NCBI RefSeq assembly: GCF_039654945.1
Contig: NW_027361695.1
Coordinates: 3,968,001 to 4,032,000 of the forward strand
Direction of reading: 5' to 3'
DNA: 64,000 bases
Origin: Dendrobates tinctorius
Taxonomy: Eukaryota
The notes beneath the pieces were generated by a model. That model was not told the DNA's origin. It searched no databases and saw nothing but the letters and a program-made list of their open reading frames with translations. The translations under genes were made by a program, and so were the position numbers. Shown piece after piece: positions 25,663 through 36,630 of the stretch (within the stretch, counting starts at the first letter, position 1; each line of letters begins with the position of its first letter).

Positions 25663-26974
25663 ATTTTTGTTTGCGGCATGGATGAAATGTGCGTTGTTAT
25701 AGCTTGGCCATAAGAATTTGTTAAGTCCGCCATACACATCGATTGAACTTGCCCGACTGTCCCATACAGAGGAGTAATCTTTTTGTGTTCTCTATGAGAG
25801 AGGTGTCGCCAGACACGTCTAGTAGACGCTTATCTCCATTCGTCCAATATTTTACATGCTTGATTGATATTTCCCCCAACAACTAATTATCTAAGGCTCC
25901 TATACACATTAGACTGTAAACCAAACCCGTTGCTATCGGGGGGGCTTTACCCATCTCGATAATAGATCATTAAAAGGGTATTGCAAGAACTCAATAAATT
26001 AGACTAGTTTTTTTTTTTCAAAACATTTCATTCAGCTAATTTAATTTATTTACCTACCAGGCCACCCCTTCAAGGTATTTTAAAAAACAGACCTCTAGGT
26101 TCCAGCAGTGGGATTTGGCCCCCAATTTTCTATTTTACTCCACACACAAGACACTGAAACGTTGCTACTTATATAATAGGTTTATTGAAAACAGGTAGAT
26201 ATGAAATGAGCACGCCACAAGTAAAACGTAACAAGATTTCTTTATCGTGTTGCAAAAAAATGCGTTCCTTCTTTAAAATTGTAATTTTTTTTTTTAATTT
26301 TCCGAAAGTAATTGTCACTTTGTATTTTCCAAGTTCTTATAGAAAAGAGAGAGTTCGTTTTAAAAAAGGACTGTATAAAAGAGGGGAGGGAAATGAAGGG
26401 TGAATTCAGTATAACAATGCATAGAAGTGAAGAAAGTACACAAATATCCTCTGAAAAGAGCCGCCATGCTATTTACAAGTATTTACACAAGAGTTCAATC
26501 AGATTAATTCGATAAATCTGCCTAAAATGTCTTTACTAAAGAAATCCCACAATACCGTACAGATATCACCTCTAAATGTATCACAGGACACACAACAAAA
26601 TGATCAATTGTATCGTAATTTTTTTTTTTTTTTTACAAATATTTAGAATGGAGAATATCAAGGAGATAGACAAATTATAAATAAACAAATACATAAATAA
26701 AGCTGTAAATGTAATAAATAAAGCCTAAGATAGCCTATATCTCCGCATGTCCAGTAATGATCCTTTAGAACGGATCCAGTAGCAATCTGTTGCCCAAAAG
26801 GTGGTGCAAATACAACTTTTGTGTCTGTTTTAAAAAAAAAGGTGACTTCAGCTGGATCCGGAAACCGGATCCAGTAATTAGCTATCCGTGGTTTGTTTTT
26901 TTTTTTCATTTGAAATGGATCCATTTTTTGCTTCCAGGATCAGTTTCAAATGGAAGCTAAGGAATGGATTAAGG

Positions 26975-27136
26975 CAGGGTTCCCCAACTCCAGTCCTCAT
27001 GGCCCACCAACAGGTCATGTTTTCAGGATTTCCTTAGTATTGATCACGTGATAATTGCATCACCTGTACAATACAAGGGAAATCCTGAAAACATGATCTG
27101 TTGGTGGTCCTTGAGGACCAGATTTGGGGGACCCTG
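26975..27136. mobile_element. 162-bp hAT MITE
   Basis: CAGGGTTCCCCAA / TTGGGGGACCCTG; exact 8-bp TSD GATTAAGG. Confidence 0.88.
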
Positions 27137-28969
27137 GATTAAGGGATCCGTTGTCCATAGACTTCAATGTTAAAAAAAAAAAAAAAAATGGATCCAGCTG
27201 AAATCAGCTTTTTAAAAACGGACATTTTTGCCAACAGATTTCTGCTGGATCCGTTTTGACAGATTATTACTGGACATGATGTGAATATAGCATGAACCAG
27301 TGCAAAAAAAACTGGTCTTTATCTGCGAGTGACCAGCATGATAGAATATGTTCACCCTTCGCATTTTTTCATTACTTTCTATGGGTGAAAAAAACGCTGA
27401 AAGAACTGACATGCTGCAGATTTAAAAACCCGCAGAAGAAGCAAAAACAAAAGAGAAATGTGCATGAGATTTCAAAAAATCTTATAGCTTTTGCTGGTAC
27501 TGTAAAAAGCAGCATAAGAAAAAGCTGCAGCAAAAACGCAATGTATGAACATAGCCTTAATGTTGTAGTCAAACAGCGGCCCACAAGGGTTTTCCTTTCA
27601 TACCCCCAGCTTCAGGGCTCGGCCAAAGTGACCACAAGAGCCACTGATTGCTAGACATGTGGCAGCCATTTGTAAGCAAAGACTGGGGGGGGATTTCTGG
27701 GTAGACTATGATCCCATTGGAGGTTGGTTGAGCCAATCTTATGCTGAAGTCCTCTCCCCATTGGGCCTCTATGGGTACATTCACCTTTGACGTCTTAAAT
27801 AATATTGGTACAACGGGAGATCTCATAAAAGAAAATATAAATGGTAAAAAAAAACACCTAAAAGCTGCAGTACTATGATCAGCCACCAGGTGGTAAAGCC
27901 CTTCTCTATTTTACAGTATCATTTGTAAACTATACACAGTTCATATACATTATACCATAGAAAATGTCTGTATAAAGTCAGCTGTGTACATGCAGCGGAA
28001 TAGAAACACAGGCAGGCGGCAAAACTTATGGCACAATGAACTCAGTCAGTTATTTATATTTTTTGTCATTAATGCCATGCCTCCCTTTTACCCCCCCATT
28101 AGCACAACTAGAGGGAAATTTATAAAAGTTAGTGTAGAAAACAAGTGGAAAAGTCGCCCGAGACAATCATTCAGTTAATCTGATTGTTCGCTATGGCCAA
28201 TACCGCAGATTATATTTGCATGATTTGCAGACTCAGGGTTATAATAGCCCTAATATAGGATAGAAAACGTTTATATGTGTTCATAGATTATTTTCATGGT
28301 CTCCAAATTCTCAGTTTTGGTTATAGCACCACAGGCCCTAACATATTGTTTCCTTTCCGTGCTAAGCATGCCAGGTTAATATACGACTTGCAACACGTAA
28401 AGTACCCAAAGAAAGGATAAGAGTGTGTAGATGATATGAACATTAAAGAATAATGATGAGCATTGCAAATGCTTTTCTAGAGGGTAGGACAAAACGGTGA
28501 ATGGAAATGGCCATGACCTTTATGAAGGTTCTGTCCCTTTAAATATATGCTAAAAATGTACTAATATGCTTCCATAATACAGCATTGCTAAAAGAGGAGA
28601 AAATGGTGCCTCATGGAGGCACTATATAGCAGCGCACAGGGTTTCTATGGGCCTGTAATGCATAGTGACTCCATGTCAATGTAAAGGAGCCGAAACGTTG
28701 AACAAAGAATAGGTTAATAAATCACTTTCATTTTTTTTTATTACAATCTTGGAGTGCTACCGCTTTTTTGCATATCTGTGGAAGGAGACGGAATCGGTAC
28801 CCTAAGGCTTGTACCCTACATCTTGTATAGTGCTGCTTTCTTTACACAGATAAAGGAAGAAAGAGAGGAAGGAAGGAGAAATTTATCTAGATAGATGCAT
28901 GGAAGGAAGAAAAAGTTTGTCCAGACAGATCCAACCATTATGTTGCAATTACACAAACTGAGGAAACTG

Positions 28970-29100
28970 NNNNNNNNNNNNNNNNNNNNNNNNNNNNNNN
29001 NNNNNNNNNNNNNNNNNNNNNNNNNNNNNNNNNNNNNNNNNNNNNNNNNNNNNNNNNNNNNNNNNNNNNNNNNNNNNNNNNNNNNNNNNNNNNNNNNNNN
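28970..29100. other. N run (gap or masked sequence)
   Basis: 131 N flanked by copies of the same segment (CCAGACAGATCCAACCATTATGTT). Confidence 0.95.
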
Positions 29101-30001
29101 TCCAGACAGATCCAACCATTATGTTACAATTATGCAAATTTAGGAAATGGTGTGTTTCTGAAATATGTAAAATGTAGAAGAAAGGAAGGAAAAAGAAATG
29201 AAGAAAAAAGAGAGAGAATGAAATTTGGCCCCAAAAATATGAAAAAGAAATATGTAAAATGTGTTGCTAAGGAAGGAAGGAAAAGGAAATAAAGAAATAA
29301 ATGTGATGAGATAGATCCAACCATTATGTTGCAATTATACAAATTGAGGAAACTGTGTATTTTTGGAGGAAGAAATAAAGAAAGAAAGAAAGAAAGGAAG
29401 GAAGGAAGGAAGGAAGAAAGAAAGAAGGGTGTATGTCTGAAATAAGTGAAAACTTTGCAAAATTCTATTTAGACATCAAACTTCCAATTTCTACAAAGAG
29501 GCTATATAACAATAGTGTATGGTTGTATCCTCTATGAAATTTCAAAAAGCCCCCCCATCCCCCATAATTGTGAATGAGGAGATCCAGTGTTGTTATCATC
29601 TACCCTCTTTACATTAAGCCCAAGGCTATTAACATATAATGATGGATACAGTAAATGTATCGTGTTTCTATGGTTACCCACAATGTATCCAGCCTTCATG
29701 CTGATACCCTGTAACCCTCATCATAATGAGAAGCATTCCAGGAAAGCGATGATTGACAGCTTAGTCGCCTGCTGCACTGCAACAGCCTCAGTATCTGAAT
29801 GAATTAGTCTGGTAGTTAACCCCTTATGCTACCAGCCCCCAACACTGCACCCAGGCAACACAACATCATACCATCCAATAAATCACAAATGGAATATGCT
29901 GGAATAGTGGATGGTAAAATCTACCCCAAACCATCCCTGGCATAATGAAATAGAATTGCCCAACTGGTCAAACATTGCATCCTCCAGGGGTCACTGACAT
30001 A

Positions 30002-31114
30002 TTAGGTATCAATATAAGGCTCCCTTTGTGTTTGTGTGTTCCTGCAAGGTACATAAGATTTCAGACACAACCTGATTTCTTTGTTCAGCATGAAGCAGAC
30101 AATGGGATTTGCTCCAGCCTGAGCAAATGTCAACCACACTGCCACAGTCAGATACCCCTGAGGGAGAGCTGCAGACTTCATAAAGACCCTTAGATAGCAA
30201 GCCACTAGGTAAGGGGCCCAGAAGAGAAGAAATAAGAAGGTGATGACATAGAACATCTTGCTGAGCCTCTTCTCTTGCTTGAATTCCTCCAGCCCCAGAA
30301 GCCTCCTGATCTGGGTCTGAGTGGTCTGCCTCATGCCAACCAGAGTGGGAGGTGTTGGACCTCTCCCAAATCCTGCTATCCAGTTGGCAGCTGCTTGCCC
30401 GGCAGCTCCAGGTCCATGAAAGCTCCAGTTTTGGCTGATGGCTGGGGTTAACTGAGCTGGTTTCATCTTCCTGTGATCATATATAAAGAACAGCAGCTTC
30501 ATGTAGATAAAATGTGTGGCCCCCACAATGAAGGCCAGCATGAGGAGAAAGCCCAGGCTGTCATTGGCCTTGACATAACGGTGCTCAAAGGTGCATTGAT
30601 CCTCCTCCTTCATAAACTTGTAGGTGCCCACCTCAAAGACAGGTGGTAGGGCCATAGCCATGGACAGGATCCATGCCATAGCAATGATTAGGATGCAAGC
30701 CCAACCTGTCATTCTCTTGCAGTAGAACCTATGGTGGGCTATGGCCATGTACCTGGTCAAACTGATGGACAGCAGCATAAAGGCAGCATGGAAGCACAGC
30801 AGGACTGCTCCAAAGGCCACGATCCTGCAGCTCCTCTTGCTGTAGGTCCATTGGGATCCACTGCTGATGGATTTCAGCACCAGAGGGAAACAAAGCAAGG
30901 AACGGATGAGATCTCCAATGCACAGATCCAGCATCAGGTAATAGGGAGTCCTATGCAGGCTCTTGTCTCTCAGGGTAATGAATGCAAAGAGGAGATTACC
31001 CAGCAAGCTGACACAGGCGATGATACCCAGGGATGCCAGTTTAGCCACCGAGCCAGGGCTGATATCTGTGGGGAGAAGGGATGCATTGCTCTTCTGCAGC
31101 TCATGACCAGCCAT
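30002..31114 (-). CDS. GPR27: SREB-family orphan GPCR, SREB1/GPR27 (370 aa, intronless CDS)
   Basis: 7 hydrophobic segments; SREB motifs PYYLMLDLC, TRYMAIAHHRFY, FHGPGAAGQAAANWIAGFGRGPTPPTL, EEFKQEKRLSKMFY, WLTFAQAGANPIVCF; lies between PROK2 and EIF4E3 in the GPR27 orientation. Confidence 0.9.
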   Translation of the reverse strand: MAGHELQKSNASLLPTDISPGSVAKLASLGIIACVSLLGNLLFAFITLRDKSLHRTPYYLMLDLCIGDLIRSLLCFPLVLKSISSGSQWTYSKRSCRIVAFGAVLLCFHAAFMLLSISLTRYMAIAHHRFYCKRMTGWACILIIAMAWILSMAMALPPVFEVGTYKFMKEEDQCTFEHRYVKANDSLGFLLMLAFIVGATHFIYMKLLFFIYDHRKMKPAQLTPAISQNWSFHGPGAAGQAAANWIAGFGRGPTPPTLVGMRQTTQTQIRRLLGLEEFKQEKRLSKMFYVITFLFLLFWAPYLVACYLRVFMKSAALPQGYLTVAVWLTFAQAGANPIVCFMLNKEIRLCLKSYVPCRNTQTQREPYIDT

Positions 31115-31417
31115 GGAGACAGCTGCTGCCTGCGAGTCATGTGCAGATCGGGAGAATCATTAGGCGGCTCAGACTCGGCTATAATAGATATGCAAAGTGA
31201 AGGCACAACAGCAGGCACAGAGGCAGGCACAGCGGCAGGCACAGCGTGTCCTGGAGCCTCAAAGTGCCCACGTCTGATTGCAGGGCGACTGGCATCGCTG
31301 CAGATCGGTATAGCTGGATCCTCTGCCTCTCTGGTCCGGGCTGTCCATGGGGGCCAGGGGAAGCACAAATGCAGCAGGTACATTGATATCATCATCTCTA
31401 AATTGCTGCTATTTCCA

Positions 31418-31567
31418 NNNNNNNNNNNNNNNNNNNNNNNNNNNNNNNNNNNNNNNNNNNNNNNNNNNNNNNNNNNNNNNNNNNNNNNNNNNNNNNNNNN
31501 NNNNNNNNNNNNNNNNNNNNNNNNNNNNNNNNNNNNNNNNNNNNNNNNNNNNNNNNNNNNNNNNNNN
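31418..31567. other. N run (gap or masked sequence)
   Basis: 150 N, followed by GATA-like sequence. Confidence 0.95.
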
Positions 31568-31994
31568 ATAGGTGATAGATATATAGAAGGATAGATAAGA
31601 AATCAACATTATTGCACCCTTTATGCAAATGTGGTTTATTAGTAAAATGTCTTTCTGCTGTTTGAAATAAACTAATGAACCAAGAACAATGTAAATGACA
31701 GCACAATATAACAGAAGGTTCCTCTAAGTCTCAGAATTGTTCACCCCTTCGTGACAAGCGAAGTGCAGCCCATTCCTCACAGACAAAAGCCTCCAAGTCA
31801 CTAATATTTTTTATTTTGCCGTATTCACTTTGTTTAAGTTCCAACTAAGATTTCCTAAGGAGTTCAAGTTACATGACTATGAGAGCCGCACCAGAATCAT
31901 CCAGAACTTCTTCTGATACCATGCCTTTGTGGTCTGTGAGGTATGGTGGTATCATTGTCCTTGTTTGAAAATTCAATATCTGCCAAAGGTTCAG

Positions 31995-32440
31995 CTTCCT
32001 CACTGTAGGCATCACCAAGCCAAAACCATACTTCATTTTAGGTATCACTGAGCCACTGCCACGCTTCATTGCAATCATCACTGAGCCACCGCCATGCTTT
32101 ATTGTTTGCTTCACTGAGCCATCACCTTGCTTCATTGTAGGCATCACTGAGCAACCACTATGCTTCACTGTAGGCATCAAGGAGCCTCTGCCATGCTTCA
32201 CTGTAGGCATAGTGTTTTCAACATATGCTTAATTTTTCTTCCTCCAGACATACAGCTGATCTATAATCCCGAAAAGTTCCAGGTTTCGTTCATCACTTTA
32301 CAGAATCCCAGTGACTTATTTCTATGGCTTTGAACATATTGAAAACAACTTTTCTTGTGCTTTGGGGTCAGGAGAGATATTTAGTTTGCTCTTTACTGTT
32401 GAAGCTGAAATCTCAATACTTGCTGCCTCCAGATCTTTCT
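31995..32440 (-). mobile_element. Tc1 transposase remnant with a tandemly amplified 33-bp motif
   Basis: Minus frame repeats [11 protein letters not shown]-like 11-mers six or more times; adjacent DETKPGTF-like sequence. Confidence 0.7.
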
Positions 32441-32885
32441 GCAGTTTTTTTTTTTAAAGGGAATCTGTCACCCACTGAGACATATATGACCTATTAATTT
32501 GGGTGCACAGGTACTAGAAATGTTACATTAGTCCTATCTGTATGCCTTATATTAGCAGAATAGTTGCGAAATCTTAAATTCTTTTATAATATTTCTTCCA
32601 GGCTCCGGGGCGTGGAAGAAATCCCTGCCTCCTGTCCTCATTATAATACTACCCCCCCTCCCCTTCCCATGAACATCAGTCTTGGCGCAGGAATGCCGCT
32701 CCTGCGCCCTGCGATCCCTCCACAATACGTACCTTTTCCTCCCTTCTATGGTTGCTGCATTCACGGATCTTCTGCGCAGGCGAGTCACTGTGGCTCTGCA
32801 GCTCCGGCCAATTCCAGGAGCAGCTGATCGGCGGGTTGCTGGGTGTCGCACCCCCACTGATAAGACACTGGTCACCTATCCTAAA

Positions 32886-33252
32886 GGCCCCGTTACACAT
32901 AACGATGTCCCAGCGATCCCACCAACGATCCGACATGATGGGATCGCTGGGATATCGTTAGGCTGATCGCTGGTGAGCTGTCACAAGACAGCCCCTCCAG
33001 CGATCAGGACCAGCGACGCTGGTTTCTAATGTAAATATCGGGTATCCAGGAGCCGCGATACATTAGAAACCAGCGTCGCTGATCGCTGGTCTCGCTGCCA
33101 CACGCAGCGAAGCGTGCTGGTCAGCGGGAGACCAGCGATCGAAAAATGGCCCAGGCCGATCGAGCACGATCAGCGATAACCGGCAGCGATAGCCGCTGTG
33201 GCGTCACAAAATCAGCAATCTCGCTAGCGAGATCGCTGTGTGTGACCGGGCC
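32886..33252. mobile_element. Harbinger-type MITE (AGCGAT-rich)
   Basis: GGCCCCGTTACACA / TGTGTGACCGGGCC ends, TTA on the right. Confidence 0.7.
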
Positions 33253-33822
33253 TTAAGGATAGGCCATCATTGTTAATGTCTCAGACAACCCCTTTAAGGA
33301 CTGGGCCATTGTTCATTTTTTGCACTTAGTTTTTTTTAATTGCAACTGTAGATATAGAGACTGAATCTCAGGCCTCAGAAGTAAATATCAGAGGGGGTTA
33401 TGAGGTATGGCGGGTGGGGGAAGGGGGTTCCTGTGATCACTTGATAACTTTGGAGATAGAATTTGAGACCTTTCTCCTTGTATTTTCTTTTTGATTTGTT
33501 CATTGTAAACATTGTATAAATGTTTCCCAAACAAATTCCTTTGTTCTAAGTGAAAGTAACAAAGTTTCCTGTTTTACCCTCCAATAAGATAACAAGTGGC
33601 AAACTATTCCCATGTAAACATTTCTCTAAAAAACAATAAAATATACAGTTCTGGAAAAATTAAGAGACCACTGCCCAGTTTTATAAAAATCAGCTTCTCT
33701 CCATGTCTGACAGCCATTCCATTCCATTGTCAGTTGAATTCCAACCAGAGTACACCTCATTCTACTTAATGGGATTCTGATTAGGTGATCACCTGAACCA
33801 ATTCTTATTTAACGAAGGAAAG

Positions 33823-36630
33823 TGTTAGGAGTGGCGGAAGGCACTAAAACAATTAAATAATTAAAGTGCCTTCGCCACTCGGGGTCCACCGTGCGGTGGA
33901 TGACAAAACCGCTGTTGGGAGAGGCAGAGCACTAATATGCACAGGGTTTTAACTCACCCAGATGCAATAAGGCAAGCCCTGCTAAAGCACACAGAGCTGC
34001 AGGAAAAAATAACACAAAATAGTGTCGCTGAGCCTGTTAACAGCACAGGACCTCAGCGGCACACGTGCGGTAGCCGGAAACCGGAGTAGTTAAGGATAGT
34101 CACTACAACCGAGCGAACTTACCGTGTACACATGTGCTCGGCGTCGCAACTGCGCACACCTGGAAAGGCTGCAACAGCAAATATCACAAGCGCGATGCAG
34201 GACGCTAAGCTGCTGGAAGATGGAGCTTGTGCGCGTTGGCGTTAGCGCAGGTGCTGACAGAATACCACTCACTCACACAGACGTAATAACCAAGGGAAGG
34301 GGTTTCATAATGAGTCAGTCACCAGTCCAAGCATCCGTCACCATTCACACAGCAGCAGTATAAAAATACTAGCGCATGGCAGAGCGGCCATGCGCAATTT
34401 TTATAGCGTGCGGGACCTGCCGGAAATCTCCAGAGCCCTGAGCTAAGCCAATGAAATCAGGAGCAGGACCTGAGCACCTGACTCCTGAACTCCAATGGGA
34501 GCTTGTCCCGTGGGCATGCTCAGAAGCTGGGAAAAAGGACAGCCTCTGGAGACAAATGTGAGAATCTGGATTCCCGCATAGGCATCATAGAACCCAGATT
34601 CCTAACATTACCCCCCTCCTAGGGCCCCCTCCTCCCTGAACCTTCCGATCAGGGGAGACGAGATCGCAAGGTCTCAGGAGGGACATCCAGGAGACAATGG
34701 GAGTGGGAGTTTTAGGTGGAGGCTGCCGCGTAAAGGCGGGCGTAGCCACACTCCGTTCGGGAAGGCTATCCCGAGCACATAGGGTGCATGCCCGAATGAA
34801 CTTTTTTTCGTCCCGAGCCCTGTGCGGCCACCAATACGATCCGGCCAGAGACTTCGTGGTCTGCATATAGCCACGATGGCCGTCCGCATTGGGCGCATGT
34901 GCCCACGCGAGGACTTTAGGCCGCTGGCAAGGAGGGACAAAAGCATCGCCTACCGACTCACAGTCAGACCATTGCGGGGCGCTGTCTTCCGGAGAAGCAG
35001 CGGGTAGATGGTGACAACCGCATATGGACTGTTGAGCCGGACATGTCTCAGAAATGGCGCGAGACACTTCCATGGGCTCGGGGGGTGGAACCTCTGGCTC
35101 GGGCAGATCCAAAGGCTCAAAAAATTTGGGAGCCGGGGTACCTCTCCGTTTGGAGTGAGCTCGCTCCAAACTACGCTCCGAAAAACTGAGGTCAATCCGC
35201 GAGGAAATTGATATTAACTCCGAGACTGGTAGGAATTTCTCTCATGGAGAGAGCATCCTTTACATGCTCCGCTAATCCCTTCCAGAAGACAGGAGCCTTG
35301 TCGGACCACTCTAACTCAGACGCCAGTGTCCGAAAACGGACGGCGTATTGACTGACCGAGAGTGATCCTTGAGACAAGGAGAGCAGTTGGAGAGAGGTAT
35401 CGTGTATAACCCGTGGACCAAGAAACACCTGCCTGATAGCAGTTAGATTAGCGGCGGTCCGGATATCTGGGTCACCACGCTCCCATAGTGGCATAGCCCA
35501 TTCCAGCGCCTTGCCCGACAGTAGGGATATAAAGGCCACCTTGGCCCGCTCTGTAGGGAATTGCGCAGCCAGCAGCTCCAAGTGAATCGAGCACTGGCTG
35601 ATAAAACCTCTACAGGAGGCACCATCCCCAGAATATTTTTCGGGTAACGGGAGGCGGGTAACTGTCGGCGCAAGGGTGGACATGGACATATGCCCTACCA
35701 TGTCCGTGAGTGCTTGGACAGCAGCATCTGTGGCCTGCGAAGCTGCGAGAGCCCTCTCAAGGGTGGTCAAGCGAGTCTCGAGCTGTCGCACGCACTGCAA
35801 CAGTTGCTGCTGATCTGCCATCTCCAGCCAGACCCTGGCACTAGTATTATGTTAGGAGTGGCGAAAGGCACTAAAAAAAATAAATAATTAAAGTGCCTTC
35901 GCCACTCGGGGTCCACTGTGCGGTGGATGACAAAACCGCTGCTGGGAGAGGCAGAGCACTAATATGCACAGGGTTCTAACCCAGATGCAATAAGGCAAGC
36001 CCTGTTAAAGCACACAGAGCTGCAGGGAAAAATAACACAAAATAGTGTCGCTGAGCCTGTTAACAGCACAGGATCTCAGCGGCACACGTGCGGTAGCCGG
36101 AAACCGGAGTAGTTAAGGATAGTCACTACAACCGAGCGGACTTACCGTGTACACGTGTGCTCGGCGTCGCAACTGCGCACGCCTGGAAAGGCTGCAACAG
36201 CAAATATCGCAAGCACGATGCAGGACACTAAGCTGCTGGAAGATGGAGCTTGTGTGCGTTGGCATTAGCCCAGGTGCTGACAGAATACCACTCACTCACA
36301 CAGACATAATAACCAAGGGAAGGGGTTTCATAATGAGTCAGTCACCAGTACAAGCATCCGTCACCATTCACACAGCAGCAGTATAAAAATACTAGCGCAT
36401 GGCAGAACAGCCATGTGCACTTTTTATAGCGTGCGGGACCTGCCGGAAATCTCCAGAGCCCTGAGCTAAGCCAATGAAATCAGGAGCAGGACCTGAGCAC
36501 CTGACTCCTGAACTCCAATGGGAGCTTGTCCCGTGGGCATGCTCAGAAGCTGGAAAAAAGGACAGCCTCTGGAGACAAATGTGAGAATCTGGATTCCTGC
36601 ATAGGCATCATAGAACCCAGATTCCTAACA
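33823..36630 (-). mobile_element. Non-autonomous Ty3/Gypsy (sushi/Tf1-like) LTR retrotransposon
   Basis: LTRs 33823-34607 and 35850-36630 (TGTTAGGA...TCCTAACA); PPT AGGAGGGGGG next to the 3' LTR; direct repeat GGAAAG on both sides; gag plus integrase zinc-finger remnant, no RT. Confidence 0.93.
35192..35821 (-). CDS. Retrotransposon Gag (sushi/PEG10-type), 209 aa, probably frameshifted at the C-terminus
   Basis: Coiled-coil N-terminus, LPEKYSGD..CRGFISQC, LLSGKALEWA, LSQGSLSVSQYAVRFRTLA, FWKGL; the PEPMEV motif continues in ORF 34585-35169. Confidence 0.8.
   Translation of the reverse strand: MADQQQLLQCVRQLETRLTTLERALAASQATDAAVQALTDMVGHMSMSTLAPTVTRLPLPEKYSGDGASCRGFISQCSIHLELLAAQFPTERAKVAFISLLSGKALEWAMPLWERGDPDIRTAANLTAIRQVFLGPRVIHDTSLQLLSLSQGSLSVSQYAVRFRTLASELEWSDKAPVFWKGLAEHVKDALSMREIPTSLGVNINFLAD

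Noticed and set aside
28670-28780. CCGAAACGTTG followed by AATAAA as another Penelope hammerhead
   Set aside because: Probably a Penelope remnant, but the CUGANGA box is missing, so no ribozyme can be supported
30002-31114. Naming the GPCR GPR173 or GPR85
   Set aside because: Loop similarity is likely ancestral; GATH, EEFKxEKRL and WLTFAQAG motifs and the PROK2/EIF4E3 neighbours favour GPR27
31259-31348. Upstream in-frame ATG extending GPR27
   Set aside because: The frame ends at TGA after 29 codons; at most a uORF, and its presence in the mRNA is unknown
30731-31594. 287-aa plus-strand ORF
   Set aside because: Antisense shadow of the GPR27 CDS that runs through N bases
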